From contig NC_083231.1 of the NCBI RefSeq assembly GCF_032191835.1, positions 86,986,001-87,050,000 of the forward strand: a stretch of DNA of 64,000 nt, in the 5' to 3' direction. Numbering within the stretch: the stretch's first letter is position 1; each line of letters starts with the position of its first letter. This DNA is from Heteronotia binoei (Eukaryota). A program made the translations under genes and the position numbers. Positions 35,663 through 47,540 of the stretch are shown here, piece after piece. The notes under the pieces were generated by a model. The model did not search any database and was not told the origin of the DNA. It saw only the letters and a program-made list of their open reading frames with translations.

Positions 35663-36646
35663 GTAATTAGAATTTTATGACTCAGTTATGGAATTATGAC
35701 TTCTTTCATTGCAAGCGTCCCATAAACTTGCCAAGCTATAATGGGCCAAGGTCATTCTGGAATTACAGCTGATCTGCTGGCTACAGAGATCAGTTCCCCC
35801 AGGACAAAATGGCAGCTCCAGGGGGTGGACTCTGTGACATCCTGGATGTGCTCCTCCCTCCCCCACCCCCCCAAAAATCTGACTTCTGCATGCTCTGCCC
35901 CTCAGAGCTCCAAGAATTTCTCAACTCACAGTTGACATCTCCTTCGTTACCATGGCTATGCCCATTTGCACTCATCCTAAATCATTGCTGCATGAAGACA
36001 GATATACCTATGAGCAGGAATAAATGCAGTGGTTTCAGCTTCAAAATCATCATTGCCTCTTTCCCCGCCAACTTAATTCCTGTAAAGACACATGAAGAGC
36101 TGTAGATCAAATCCTGATTGCCTCTTACTTTCCACCCCTACTCCATATGAAATATCCCTTCCCCCCACTTTGAAATGCCCAGAATTTCTAGCTGCACAAA
36201 TTATTGTTTGACACCTTGTAAAGGCCTTTTTAACAACTGTTTTTAAACAGTTTAATGGAGAGAGCAGGATTGGCTTTGTGACTGAAGCACCTTGGCCTAG
36301 CTATTTAGAGTTGCACACTCCTCTGCTCTGGGAAAAAAAACAAGGTAGCCTCACACTTGATGCCAAGGTTAGCCAATCGGTTCCATGAATTTGGTTTGTG
36401 CCAACAAACAGAAGAACAGGTTCTGCTTAATCCCAAGAAGAAGCTTGTATATTTGCCCAACTGTAGCGTAACCACTGTGAAAGCTGAGTAGGTTTGTATT
36501 TACCCTGTGCTCCATACTGATCTCAGCTGCTACGCCATGCTGGTTTATGTCTGTGGCTTTGTCAACAGAAAGAGGCTGCTCCCACAAAGGGATGATTTCT
36601 CATTCAGAGGCATTCACATGTTTTTTCTTTGCATTCCTTCCACCAC

Positions 36647-36998
36647 TAAAGTTGCTAGACCCCCAGTGGAGGTGGGGGTTCCTCTGCTGCCAGATCCTGC
36701 TCCCCAGCTGCTGATCAACTGGCAAGCAGGGAACTTACTAAGAAGAGGAAGGCCCAAGCTGCGTTGACAGTGTCACACAAGTGGCATCAACACATCAGCA
36801 ACATCTGGACAATGCTCTGGTATTTGGGCAAAAATAATATGGTAAAAGCCATTTTTACTATAAAGTTTTTGCCCAAATACCAGAGCATCACAGTGACATC
36901 ACAGCACCATAATGGCACTTCCTATGGAACACCAGTGATGTGGCCTAGGCCTTCCCCTTTCTCCTGGTAAGTCACCCCATCCCCTGCCAGCAACCCTA
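36647..36998. mobile_element. Blackjack-like MITE, degenerate
   Basis: AAAGTTGCTAG...CCAGCAACCCTA ends. Confidence 0.45.
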
Positions 36999-37246
36999 CC
37001 TGCCAGTGATCTTGTTACCTTTTTTAAAAATTGGTAGGTGAGATGGGAAAGCAGAATGGCAGGGAAATGGAGAGGAAGGGTAGAGAGTTGCAGAAATCTA
37101 CCCCTTCCCATCTAAGATTCCAAAGCTATTTTCAGTATGAACTTCCTGGAGAGATAGCACCATAGTAGGTTGGGGGGAAAACATGACAGTGCACAAACAC
37201 ACACCCCACTTCAGTTTGGAGGGAATTCAGACAAAACCTCCACATT

Positions 37247-37681
37247 GGGGAGGGACGGTGGCTCAGTGGTAGAGCATCTGCTTGGGAAGCAGAAGGTCCC
37301 AGGTTCAATCCCTGGCATCTCCAAAAAAGGGTCCAGGCAAATAGGTGTAAAAAACCTCAGCTTGAGACCCTGGAGAGCCGCTGCCAGTCTGAGAAGACAA
37401 TACTGACCTTGATGGACCGAGGGTCTGATTCAGTATAAGGCAGCTTCATATGTTCAAGCTTCGGGGAGGAACGGTGGCTCAGTGGTAGAGTATCTGCTTA
37501 GGAAGCAGAAGGTCCCAGGTTCAATCCCTGGCATCTCCAAAAAAAGGGTCCAGGCAAATAGGTGTGAAAATCCTCAGCTTGAGACCCTGGAGAGCCGCTG
37601 CCAGTCTGAGAAGACAATACTGACTTTGATGGACCAGGGGTCTGATTCAGTATAAGGCAGCTTCATATGTTCATATGTTCA
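37247..37681 (+). mobile_element. Head-to-tail dimer of Squam2-like SINEs (37247-37456 and 37463-37681)
   Basis: Two near-identical full-length units separated by AGCTTC. Confidence 0.9.
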
Positions 37682-39257
37682 CATGGAAGAAAACAGAGGC
37701 TGAGATAGGGACTGCTCTTTTTATTCAAGTGGCGTAATTGCTCTGTCAGCTTGAGGAAGTACCTCTTTAGCAGGCCGCAGAGCAACCTCGTTTTATCAGT
37801 CTGCAGAACATTCTCTTTCCCTTCACAAAGCTGCACCATCAGGGAAGTCACACTGAGATTTATGGTGTTAATTAGTTCTCAATCCATAGCTGGCCATGGA
37901 ATTCCCAAATTACCAGTCTGTTTCCACACACAATTCAAAGTGCTGGTTTTGATCTAAAAATCTCTACATAGTCCAGAATATGTGAAGAGCTACTAATTCC
38001 CATACAAACCTATCCAACCGTTAAGTTTTGCCTGCAGACCACTAGGTGCTCTAAGGTTGTCAATCTCCATAAGCCATAGAGTGAGAACACTGGGGGGTGG
38101 GTAATACAAAAATAACACAGCCGAGTGGCCAGTCTCCAAACCACAAATTAGTAAACTATCAGTCCTTCTGAATATTTACTAGTGAAAGAAATTGTTGAAT
38201 GTTCCAGCATATGGCTCCAACTGGAAAAAGCTGATGTGAAATGAAGCTGTTTGCTGAGGCTGGCTTACTCGTTGCTGGAGCCAAGACTGGGAGTCTTGTG
38301 GAGGAGAACTCTGGAAGAGTTGCTGTGGCTGAAAGAAGTCATCTTTGGCAGTGATTTACCTACACTGGGTTCTCCAAAATTCTTTGAACTATTGAGGAAC
38401 TTTACATTTGGCGGATTTATTTAATATTTGATCTTTCCTTTGGACAACTTATGGACTTCTTTCCTAAAGTTTCTATGACATTTGCAGTCTGTTAACTGTT
38501 TGATTCTTTATCAATACTTTGACTTTCGATAACTTGTGGTTTGGAGACTGGATGCACAATTGTGATATTTTTGTATAACCTCCAGGTGGTGTCTGGAGCT
38601 CTCCTGCTATTACAACTGATCTCCAGGTGACAAAAATCAATTCACCTGGAAAAAATGGCTCCTTTGGAAGGTGGAGTCTATGACATTCTCCACTGAAATC
38701 CCTCCCCAAACCCCACATTTCTCAGGCTCCACCCCCAAAATCTCCAGGTATTTCCCAACCCAGAGCAGATGACCCTAAGGTGCTCCCATCCTCAGGGATA
38801 AGATAGCCACCAGGAACAAGACCTGTTTTGTGATGGTACCTCCCTGTAGGTGTCTGGTTAGTATTTTAAGCTACTGCCCCTTAGGCACCAATTAAGGACG
38901 TTGTTTCTCCAGGCTTTCATTGGTTTTTTTACTGTTTTAATTCTGCTAAGGGGTTTACTTTGTTATTATAGCATTTGTTAGGGTTTCCTGGGGGGTGCTT
39001 TTTGCTTTTAACTGAAGTATCCTTTGATTGACCTGTACTTGATTGTACTTCATACCTCTCTCCTCTCTCCCCCTCCTTGGTATTTTTTCTTGCCATTTTA
39101 TGCAGTGTCTCTCTGCATCTAAGTTTGGGAGTCTGATCCTGTTCTGGGCTAGTGTTCAAAATGCAGATGCTCATGTTTTTTCAGTTTCAACTTGTTTTTA
39201 CTGATCTGTGAACTATTTCTAAACTGTTGTTTGTTTGCTCTTCTATTTCTCATTTAG

Positions 39258-39359
39258 GTTATGAAAGACAATTTACACTTAAATGGGGCTATGTTAATTT
39301 AATGTCAAATTGTTCCGAAATCTACAAGGAACGTTATTTTAAAGGCATGGAATGTGCAG
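39258..39359 (+). CDS. CFI: CFI exon 12 (serine protease)
   Basis: GYERQFTLKWGYVNLMSNCSEIYKERYFKGMECA; 102 nt, phase 1-1. Confidence 0.95.
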
Positions 39360-39944
39360 GTGAGTGTGATTCATATAGCTTTGCTACATACTGACACATG
39401 CTTATGAGCCAGGATGATTTAGGCACATTTGTTTTGGCAACTTAGATCCAGCTGTGCACAAGCAGAAATATAAATGAATTTAGCACAGTGGGACTACTGT
39501 GGTTTTAGTGGGGACAGAAGAAGTTTAGCAGCACAAGCAGCTACTGTTTCTTGCATTTCTGCTCATTCAGGAACTCCAGCACAAGTGAAAATTTCGTGCT
39601 GGATTCGACCCAGTATATCCAAATTGCAACCACTGTGGTGATAAGAGTCCAAGCAATCTAAAGCAGCCACTGATTTAGCAAAATGTTCAAACACTTCTCA
39701 TTCTGCTGGGAACTGTATAAATTCCTTTGTAGTCACAAAGTTCTGGGCAGTTATTAGTTAGAAAGGCAAATAATGAAAAACACAGGAAGTAGGTCTGCCT
39801 ATAGGCAATTTTCTGAGTTAACAAGAATTCAATCTCTTGATTTTTGTGTGATTTTTTTTTAAAAGTGCAACATATAAAAATTTAATAACAACTCTATAAT
39901 CTTCTATAAGACATTTTGTGAAATGTTAGTTGGGAGCAGGGATA

Positions 39945-40130
39945 TTTTTGAGCAGGAACACACAGGAATGCAGGTCCAGCTGCCTTGCTGTCAGGGTGTG
40001 TGGCCTAATATGCAAATAAGTTCCTGCTGGGCTTTTTCTATTAAAAAGCCCTGTGTGAAACAATGTCAGTAGGTGTGGCCTAATATGCAAATATGTTCCT
40101 GCTGGGCTTTTTCTATTAAAAAAGCCCTTG
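39945..40130. mobile_element. CAGGGCTTTTT-family MITE with duplicated octamer unit
   Basis: Two tandem GTGTGGCCTAATATGCAAAT..GTTCCTGCTGGGCTTTTTCTATTAAAAAGCCCT units. Confidence 0.6.
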
Positions 40131-40625
40131 TTGGAAGTAACATCTATTATCACTAAGTAATACCCTGTATGAACAAGGTATCTACATATACATTTGGACC
40201 TTTCTGGATAATCTGGATTGTGTTGTTTGTCATCAGTTCCTTAATTCAGATGTCAAACTGAGATTTCACTGAAATTTGTCCACAGTGGGCACAAACACAG
40301 GCTTGTGTACTCTCCTCTCTCTTACTTCACACATGAAGCCTGCATCAAAACTTCCTCAACCAAGCTCCAGTTTGCTATGATAGCCAAATTTAGGCATCTT
40401 GACAATTGGAAGTAGGATTGTTCTGCACGAAGTGGAACTCTTACCCTTGTGTATAGCCTCTCATGGCCAAATCTCAGTTTAGAGTTTCATAATGGCCAAA
40501 TGCGCCCCAGTATCAAGCTTTACAGTTATCTGAACACTTATGAAAAAATGGTCATGTTTCAGTTCCACAAACTGATGTGCCTAACAATGAGGTGTTTCTT
40601 TTCTTTTTTTTCCTTTCTCCCTCAG

Positions 40626-40843
40626 GTACATATGATGGTTCTGTAGATTCCTGTAAAGGTGACTCAGGAGGACCTTTGGTTTGTTTTGACTCTAATAATG
40701 TAGCTTATGTTTGGGGTATTGTGAGTTGGGGTGAAAACTGTGGTGAAGAAGGACATCCTGGTGTTTACACAAAGGTGGCTGATTATTTTGAATGGATTAG
40801 CCATCATACTGGAAAGGCTGTGGTGTCTCGATTTAATGTGTGA
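40626..40843 (+). CDS. CFI: CFI exon 13 (catalytic Ser, stop)
   Basis: [20 protein letters not shown]...[27 protein letters not shown]; 13 exons sum to 1791 nt = 596 aa + stop. Confidence 0.97.
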
Positions 40844-41105
40844 TATTTGAAACACAAGCATTTTCTCATTCTCTGCTGCAATAATTAAAGGTTGGCTGCA
40901 GAAGTCTGGGGGTATAATTCCAGGTCAAGTTAAACATGTTTCAGTTTCTTCCACTAAGATCAATGAACACAAAAGTTGTTACCTTTGATTCGGTCATGCC
41001 CTGGTAGTTTAGCAACAATGACTCTCTTAAATTTTCATTATTCTTTGAAAAGTCTGTTGGCCTTCTAAAAGCCATCATTGCTTTCCCGCTCATATTGCAT
41101 GTTAC

Positions 41106-41132
41106 AATAAAAGTGAAGCATGTACCAATAAA
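41106..41132 (+). terminator. Candidate CFI polyadenylation signals
   Basis: AATAAA at 41106-41111 and again near 41127, about 265 nt after the stop. Confidence 0.5.
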
Positions 41133-41398
41133 AAAACTGAAAGTGTCCATTGTGGTTAGATTCACAAATAATACTACATCATTGACAAGATGGCATGGAT
41201 TGAATAGATTGTAAAAGGACAATGTAAAAAAGAATATTTAGGTGCCAAACAATTTAAATTCAGAAAGAGCAACAGCCAATCACACACTTTGAGATGAAGC
41301 CACAGGAAGTGGCACAAATTAGAATCTCCTGTTGGATCAAACCTATGGAGTAGCTGAATAAGCAGAAATCTGCAAAATGCTAGTAAATAACTGCTAAG

Positions 41399-42430
41399 AA
41401 GTTGAGCTATTTAAAGTCCTAAAAGACGATGCTGTTAAAGTGATGCACACATTATGTCAGCAAATTTGGAAAATGCAGCAGTGGCCACAGGATTGGAAAA
41501 GGTCAGTTTATATTCCATTCCCAAAGAAGGGTACTGCCAAGGAATGTTCAAACTATCGCACCATTGCACTCATTTCACACGCCAGCAAGGTCATGTTAAA
41601 GATCCTACAAGCTAGGCTCCAACAGTATGTAGATTGGGAACTACCAGAAGTACAAGCTGGGTTTCGGAGAGGTAGAGGAACTAGAGATCAAATTGCCAAC
41701 ATTTGATGGATTATGGAGAAAGCACCGGAGTATCAGAAAAACGTCTATTTCTGCTTCATTGACTATGCTAAAGCCTTTGATTGTGTGGATCACAACAAAC
41801 TGTGGCACGTTCTTAAAGTGATGGGAGTACCAGACAACCTCCTGAGAAACCTGTATAAGGGTCAAGAAGCAATTGTCCGGATGAGATATGGAACAACTGA
41901 TTGGTTTAGAATAGGAAAAGGAGTTCGATAAGAATGTATATTGTCACCCTGCTTATTTAATTTATATGCAGAGAACATCATGCGGAATGCTGGCCTGGAT
42001 GAAGCACAAGTCGGAATTAAGATTGCCGGGAAAAACATCAACAACCTCAGATATGCAGATGAAGTAGATGCTTCAGAAAGTAGATGCTTTTGAGGTGTGG
42101 TTCTGGAGTAGAATCTTGAGAGTTCCTTGGACTGCAAGAACATCAAATCAGTCAGTCCTAAGGGAAATCAACCCTGACTATTCCCTGGAAGGTCAGATGC
42201 TGAAGCTGAAACTCAAATACTTTGGTCACCAAATGAGAAGGGAGCACTCACTGGAGAAGACCCTGATGCTGGGAAAGAAGGCAAAAGATGAGATGGCTGG
42301 ACAGTGTTACTGATGTAACTAACATGAAACTGAGCAGACTTCGGAGCATGGTGGAAGACAGGAACGCCTGGTGTGACTTTGTCCATGGGGTCGCAAAGAG
42401 TTGGATTCGACTGTATGACTGAACAACAAC
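41399..42430 (+). mobile_element. BovB/RTE LINE, 5'-truncated and internally deleted
   Basis: QWPQDWKRSVYIPFPKKG...NYRTIALISHASKVMLKIL, FIDYAKAFDCVDH, NLRYAD; tail GACTGAACAACAAC. Confidence 0.92.
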
Positions 42431-43038
42431 AGGTATGAGCCTCCATATCCCTGATGCCGAGTCAAAGGAAAATGAGTCCACAGAAGACTCCACAAACACT
42501 TCTCTCCAGAGCAAGACTATTTGCTATGAACAGAAGACTGACTGAATCTTGAGATTGTCCCATTTCCCCTTTGACAAGGTATGTGACAGGACTTTTGTCA
42601 TTCTTCTAATACTAGTAATATATCCAGTAAAGTTTAATGCATAAAGCTTGGGGGAAAATAATCTTGCTGTGATATAGGATGCTGCACATGTGGTTTCACT
42701 GGGTGGTTGTCCACATTCAGGAACTCCATGTGCAGTAGCTGACTGCTGAACCCAAAGCTGCATGTAAAGCACCAGTTGCCTATGTGGGAAGCTGGGTCTA
42801 GGTTCTTTCCTTTCTTACCAGTGCTGTGGTGGTGAAGAAAGAAAAGACAACAGCTGATTGTTGCTGTTAAAATAAGAGAATAAGTCAGCCCTTGGTCAAT
42901 ATAGATAGATTTACCACAGCACCTTGTTGTTGCATGCTTACTTCTCTTGATCATGTCCTTTGTCACGTGTTTGTTCACTAGTAGTGATATACATGGTAAT
43001 ATACCAGGGTCATGGTTGTTGCTCATTTGTCCAAGTTT

Positions 43039-43256
43039 GGGGAGGGACGGTGGCTCAGTGATAGAGCATCTGCTTGGGAAGCAGAAGGTCCCAGGTTCAA
43101 TCCCTGGCATCTCCAAAAAAGGGTCCAGGCAAATAAGTGTGAAAAACCTCAGCTTGAGACCCTGGAGAGCCACTGCCAGTCTGAGTAGATAATACTGACT
43201 TTGATGGACCAAGGGTCTGATTCAGTATAAGGCAGCTTCATATATTCATACGTTCA
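43039..43256 (+). mobile_element. Squam2-like tRNA SINE
   Basis: Near-identical to the 37247 and 27408 copies. Confidence 0.88.
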
Positions 43257-43647
43257 TGCTCATATGTTTCAAATAATAACAAAGGGACCACTGTCCAATT
43301 TGTTGATGTTTCACAGATTCATGATATCATATTAAGTAGTTTAATAGCACTTGACAGCATACTTCTTTGCCTTAATCCTTTTTACTTAGTAAACCGATCC
43401 AGTGTAGTTGCTAATCTTCTTTGTATTATGGTATTCAGCAGCCCATCACACTTTTATTAACAGTGGCATGCAAGTGCTGTAATTATCTGCTGGAAATAAA
43501 TTATAGTACAATTCTAAACAGGGTTAGAGTCCACTGACTTCAATGGACTTGGAAAAATATCCTTTCGTTTAGGATTGTACTGTTAATGCTGGACTGGAAA
43601 ATGGGATGCCAGTAAAAGCTCAGGATGGAAAGTTCACTTTTTTCATT

Positions 43648-43770
43648 GTATCTGAAGAAGTGTGGTTGCAAATGAAAGCTTATACCTTGACTAAAACTTT
43701 ATTGGTCTTAAAGGTGTCACTGGACTCAAACTTTGTTCCGCTGCTTCAATCCAACATGGGCACCCACCTC
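43648..43770 (+). mobile_element. Penelope-type repeat end with a minimal type-I hammerhead ribozyme motif (43648-43685)
   Basis: GTAT-CTGAAGA-AGTGTGGTTGCAAAT-GAAA-GCT-T-ATAC; intact core, stem I and palindromic AGCT stem III; weakened stem II. Confidence 0.65.
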
Positions 43771-44822
43771 CATCTATAATTTACTTGTGTTAGATATGGT
43801 AATGGCTGTTATGGTTTTTCATTTATTACTTATTAATGACATTCACAAACTGACTTTCAAAAAAGTGTTGTCATGATGGTGTTTTATAACGTATAATCTC
43901 AAACAACATCATCAAAGCCAATTAAAAGAATTTTTTAAATCATATGTATCACAACACAGGCAACAAAACTCCACATCACTCAGTACAAAAGAAGTGTCTT
44001 CACCTGTCACTAAATAATTATAGCAAAGAGAAAAAAATGTGTATTTTAAGAAAGGGTACTACGGAGTTCCAGAACTATTGAAGAAAAGGCCTTGCTTCTC
44101 AAAATCAGACATGACTGGAAATTGCAGCAATTTTAAAACAATGTGCAGGAGTTTGAACCAAGACCACAGTGAAAAGGCAGGATTTAAACCTTTTACCTTG
44201 TCTACATTTTCCCCAAGAAAGAATCCTTGGAAAATTGCTATTTGCTTCATATGCTCACCTGTGGATCCTTATGATTTCCCTACTGTTCATATATGTTTCT
44301 CAACTTGGCCCTGCTATGTGGATCAATAGCCTACATGGACTAAAGGTGGATACTTCTACAAATCTGGGGAAGAGGTTTGCATATAATTTTTTTAAAAGAT
44401 GATTTATCCATTTTGTGATTGTTGATATGCCAATAAAGGTCAATGAAAATGAACAAATAAAAAACAAACAAACCAAAAGTGTGTGTGATTTAAAAAAAAA
44501 TCTAAGCCAGATAAAGGAAAACAATTCCTGGAAGACCAAGAACACTTTGTGGCATTCTTGGTTGCCTTGCCTCACAGCCATTCCTAGCCATGTCAGTTGA
44601 TAACAGCAAAACTGGAACAGTGGCCCAGTGGCACTCTAAAGCTCAGTAACATTTTTTTTTCTGGAATAAGCTTTCCACTGACAAAAAGAGTTCACACTCA
44701 TACAATTGTATACCTTCACAGTCTTAAAGCTTTCCACCTTGCAAGACTCTTGCTTCTACTAATTTTAAATGTAATTTGTTTACACACACACGTGAAAGCA
44801 CAGAAAATGTGAACATCTAGAT

Positions 44823-45165
44823 CAGGGGTCCTCAAACATTTTAAATAGGGGGCCAGTTCACTGTCCCTCAGACTGTTGGAGGGCCGGACTGCCATTACTG
44901 TACAAGGCCGCAGGCCGTCAGTTCTCCGTCTTCTGCATCTCTCTCCCTTCCCCACACCACACACCCCGGCCTGGGAACTCACCTCACCTCGGTATCACCT
45001 CACACTCTGTCTCCGCCGCCTCAGCCCAGTGCCGGAAGTGTGCATTGCTAATGCGAGTTTAGGTCGAACGTCACTTCCGGTCTGATTTTGCCATAACCTG
45101 GCGGGCCGCATAAACGTCCTCAGCGGGCCGCATCTGGCCCGCGGGCCGTAGTTTGAGGACCCCTG
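44823..45165. mobile_element. Young hAT MITE, OposCharlie1 (OC1)-like ends
   Basis: Perfect 15-bp TIRs CAGGGGTCCTCAAAC; perfect palindromic TSD ATCTAGAT; CpGs retained; family name from recall. Confidence 0.85.
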
Positions 45166-46056
45166 ATCTAGATGATATTTCCTGTCTCATCAAGATCTCT
45201 ATTAACACTCCTCATTGGACTACAGAACTGTATGGGAAATGAATGTCTATTCTGCAGCCCACATCCTTCCACCTAACTCCCTGTGCCATACCCTCTTTCC
45301 CCAATCAAGCTGCTACAAGACCATTTCTAGTGCGTCAGGACTGAAGATCTTCTGCTATGGGGCCTCCAGGGCACACAGTTTCTGCCTGTTAATTTCAACA
45401 AAAACCCAACAGGACTGGGTAAAGTCAAATCTAGTTGATTTTAAGTGGATCCTCATGAATTCATATGATTTTTACATTGAAAAAAAAAATAAAACCACCA
45501 TTATATTTTAGATTCTGTCTTAGTCTACAGGCAGCACCACAGAGAGATGTGGAACCTTGATGACACAAAAATAAAGTTCCAAAGCACAGATCCTTATGGA
45601 TCCACACGGTGTTTACACTGAAATCATCAACTCATGTCAATAGCCACAGACTGCACACAAAAACCACACATCCACTGCTTTGTGTCACCATAATGGCACA
45701 AAAATCCTTATGAATCTTCATATGAATCCATGAGGATCCATGCCTTGGACCCATGTTTTTGCACCACTGCTGTGCCACGAAATATTGGATCCATTTTTCT
45801 ATGATTCAGTCCATGACCTTGGATTTGACATGTCATTTGATTCTAGATTTGGGGGAGCTCTGTTTAAAAAACTATAGGATCTCTGTAGATCTGCCTTTTA
45901 CTTTTTTCCAAACTTGGCGATATTGGACCTGGCCCATAGTCAGAAAAAAACAACAACAGAGGAACAAGTTGTTCCACATTGATAACAGAGGACAACAGAA
46001 TACTTGGGGCAAGATTTCAATCTCTGCCAAGTTTAAGTATGGGATAGCTCTCAGAA

Positions 46057-46269
46057 TGGATTTATACCCCACCCTTAACTCGGAGTCTCAGAATGGCTTA
46101 CAATCTCCTTTTCCATCCCCCTCCCCACAACAGACATCCTGTGAGGTAGGTGGGGCTGAGAACTGAAAACTGTTCTTGTGAGAACAGCTCTGAGAGAATT
46201 TATGACTGACCCAAGATCACACCAGCAGCTGCATAGGGGGGGGGGGGGGAGTGGGGAATCAAACCTGGT
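46057..46269 (-). mobile_element. Squam3-like SINE, partial
   Basis: GGAGTCTCAGAATGGCTTACAATCTCC...GTGAGGTAGGTGGGGCTGAGA...GAGTGGGGAATCAAACC. Confidence 0.7.
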
Positions 46270-46895
46270 GATTAGACCTTTGTGAATATAAAATTGGGGG
46301 TGGTAGTAAGGATCATGTATACCATCCTGAGCTCTTTGGAGATGAATGGGATAAAATAAAGATATAATAATGAAAACAGAGTGGTCATATTGATTAGTGT
46401 GCAATTTCCTTCTTTCTCCAAGGAGCTCAGGGTCCCATCCTCCCCTTTTATTTTGTCATCATCACAACAACCATATGAGAGGCAGGATTGAAGCTCAGAG
46501 ACCTCCGTTTGTAGTCTGGAACATATTGCAACATCAAGTTGACATCTATGCATGACAGATCTTTTCCCCAAGTTTCTATTTGGACTTAAGCAATCTGCAG
46601 TGCGCATTAAAATCTTTATCATTTTTTAAAATCAACATTGTGTATGTATGTGTGTTTGTTTATATGTATTTGTATACACACACGCTATATACCTCCTGGG
46701 GCCGAGAGCCACCCCTTTGCCTCCGTGCGTCCAAAGGGCCCTGACATGCATATATCTCAACTCTCCCTCTTCGGTGAAAGGCTTTTGGCATATGCTTCAA
46801 GAACGTTGTGCCTTTTTCATTCAGCATTTTTTTTCGTGCAAGCGGTAACGGACAGAGAGGGACTGTTCCCCGCCTCTTGGCTGAGCAGAACTGTT

Positions 46896-46995
46896 GGAGA
46901 CGAGAACAAAGTTTGAGTCCAGGGGCACCTTTAAGACGAACAAAGTTTTCTTCTGGGTATAACCTTTCGTGTGCATGCACAAACTTCTTCAGCTA
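46896..46995 (-). mobile_element. Penelope-type repeat end with hammerhead-derived motif inside the CpG island
   Basis: Minus strand CTGAAGA-AGTTTGTGCATGCACAC-GAAAGGTT-ATAC plus the family tail. Confidence 0.65.
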
Positions 46996-47540
46996 AATCG
47001 GAGGGCAGCTGCTCCAAACCAAACCACGGGTGAAATCTTGCCCGCTCGCACAGAACCCTCGCAGGCAGGGGGATTTACGGGAGGCGTTGAGTCTCTCGTG
47101 CCCCAAAAGCCCTGCAAGTGGAAGGGCGTTGATTTTGATGCACTTCCGGAGAGGCATCGGCTGGGCACTTCCTCTTGTGGTGTGCACTTTTCTTTGCTGC
47201 CTTCGGCGGCGGCGTCCCCACCTCCTAGGTCTGAGCGCCACCCCTTTGCCTCCGCGCGTCCAAAGGGCCCTGACATGCAGCCTTGAGGCGGGGCCGGTGT
47301 GGGCTGACGGTGCGAAGACGGTTTGCTGGGTTGGAGACGTTTCCCGGCCTGAGCGAGCCAAGAAGCTGAACGGGGCTGCTGCTCGAGCCTCCGCTCCCCC
47401 GGCCAGGCGTGCGCGGCATGGAGCGGCTCGCTGGAGATTGACTCGTTCTCCTCATCCCGCAAGGGGCTCGGAGCGCCTGCCCCCCGGCGCTCTAGAAGCC
47501 AGCGCGGCTGGAGCCCCCTCCACACGGGGGCTGTTCTGCG

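Noticed and set aside
37247-37330. tRNA-like sequence with A and B boxes (also at 4454, 27408, 43039)
   Set aside because: These are SINE heads that continue into a shared non-tRNA body and tail, with no proper acceptor stem; not tRNA genes.
42634-43212. 192-aa minus-strand ORF
   Set aside because: Partly antisense to a SINE, with no homology-like features; a chance ORF.
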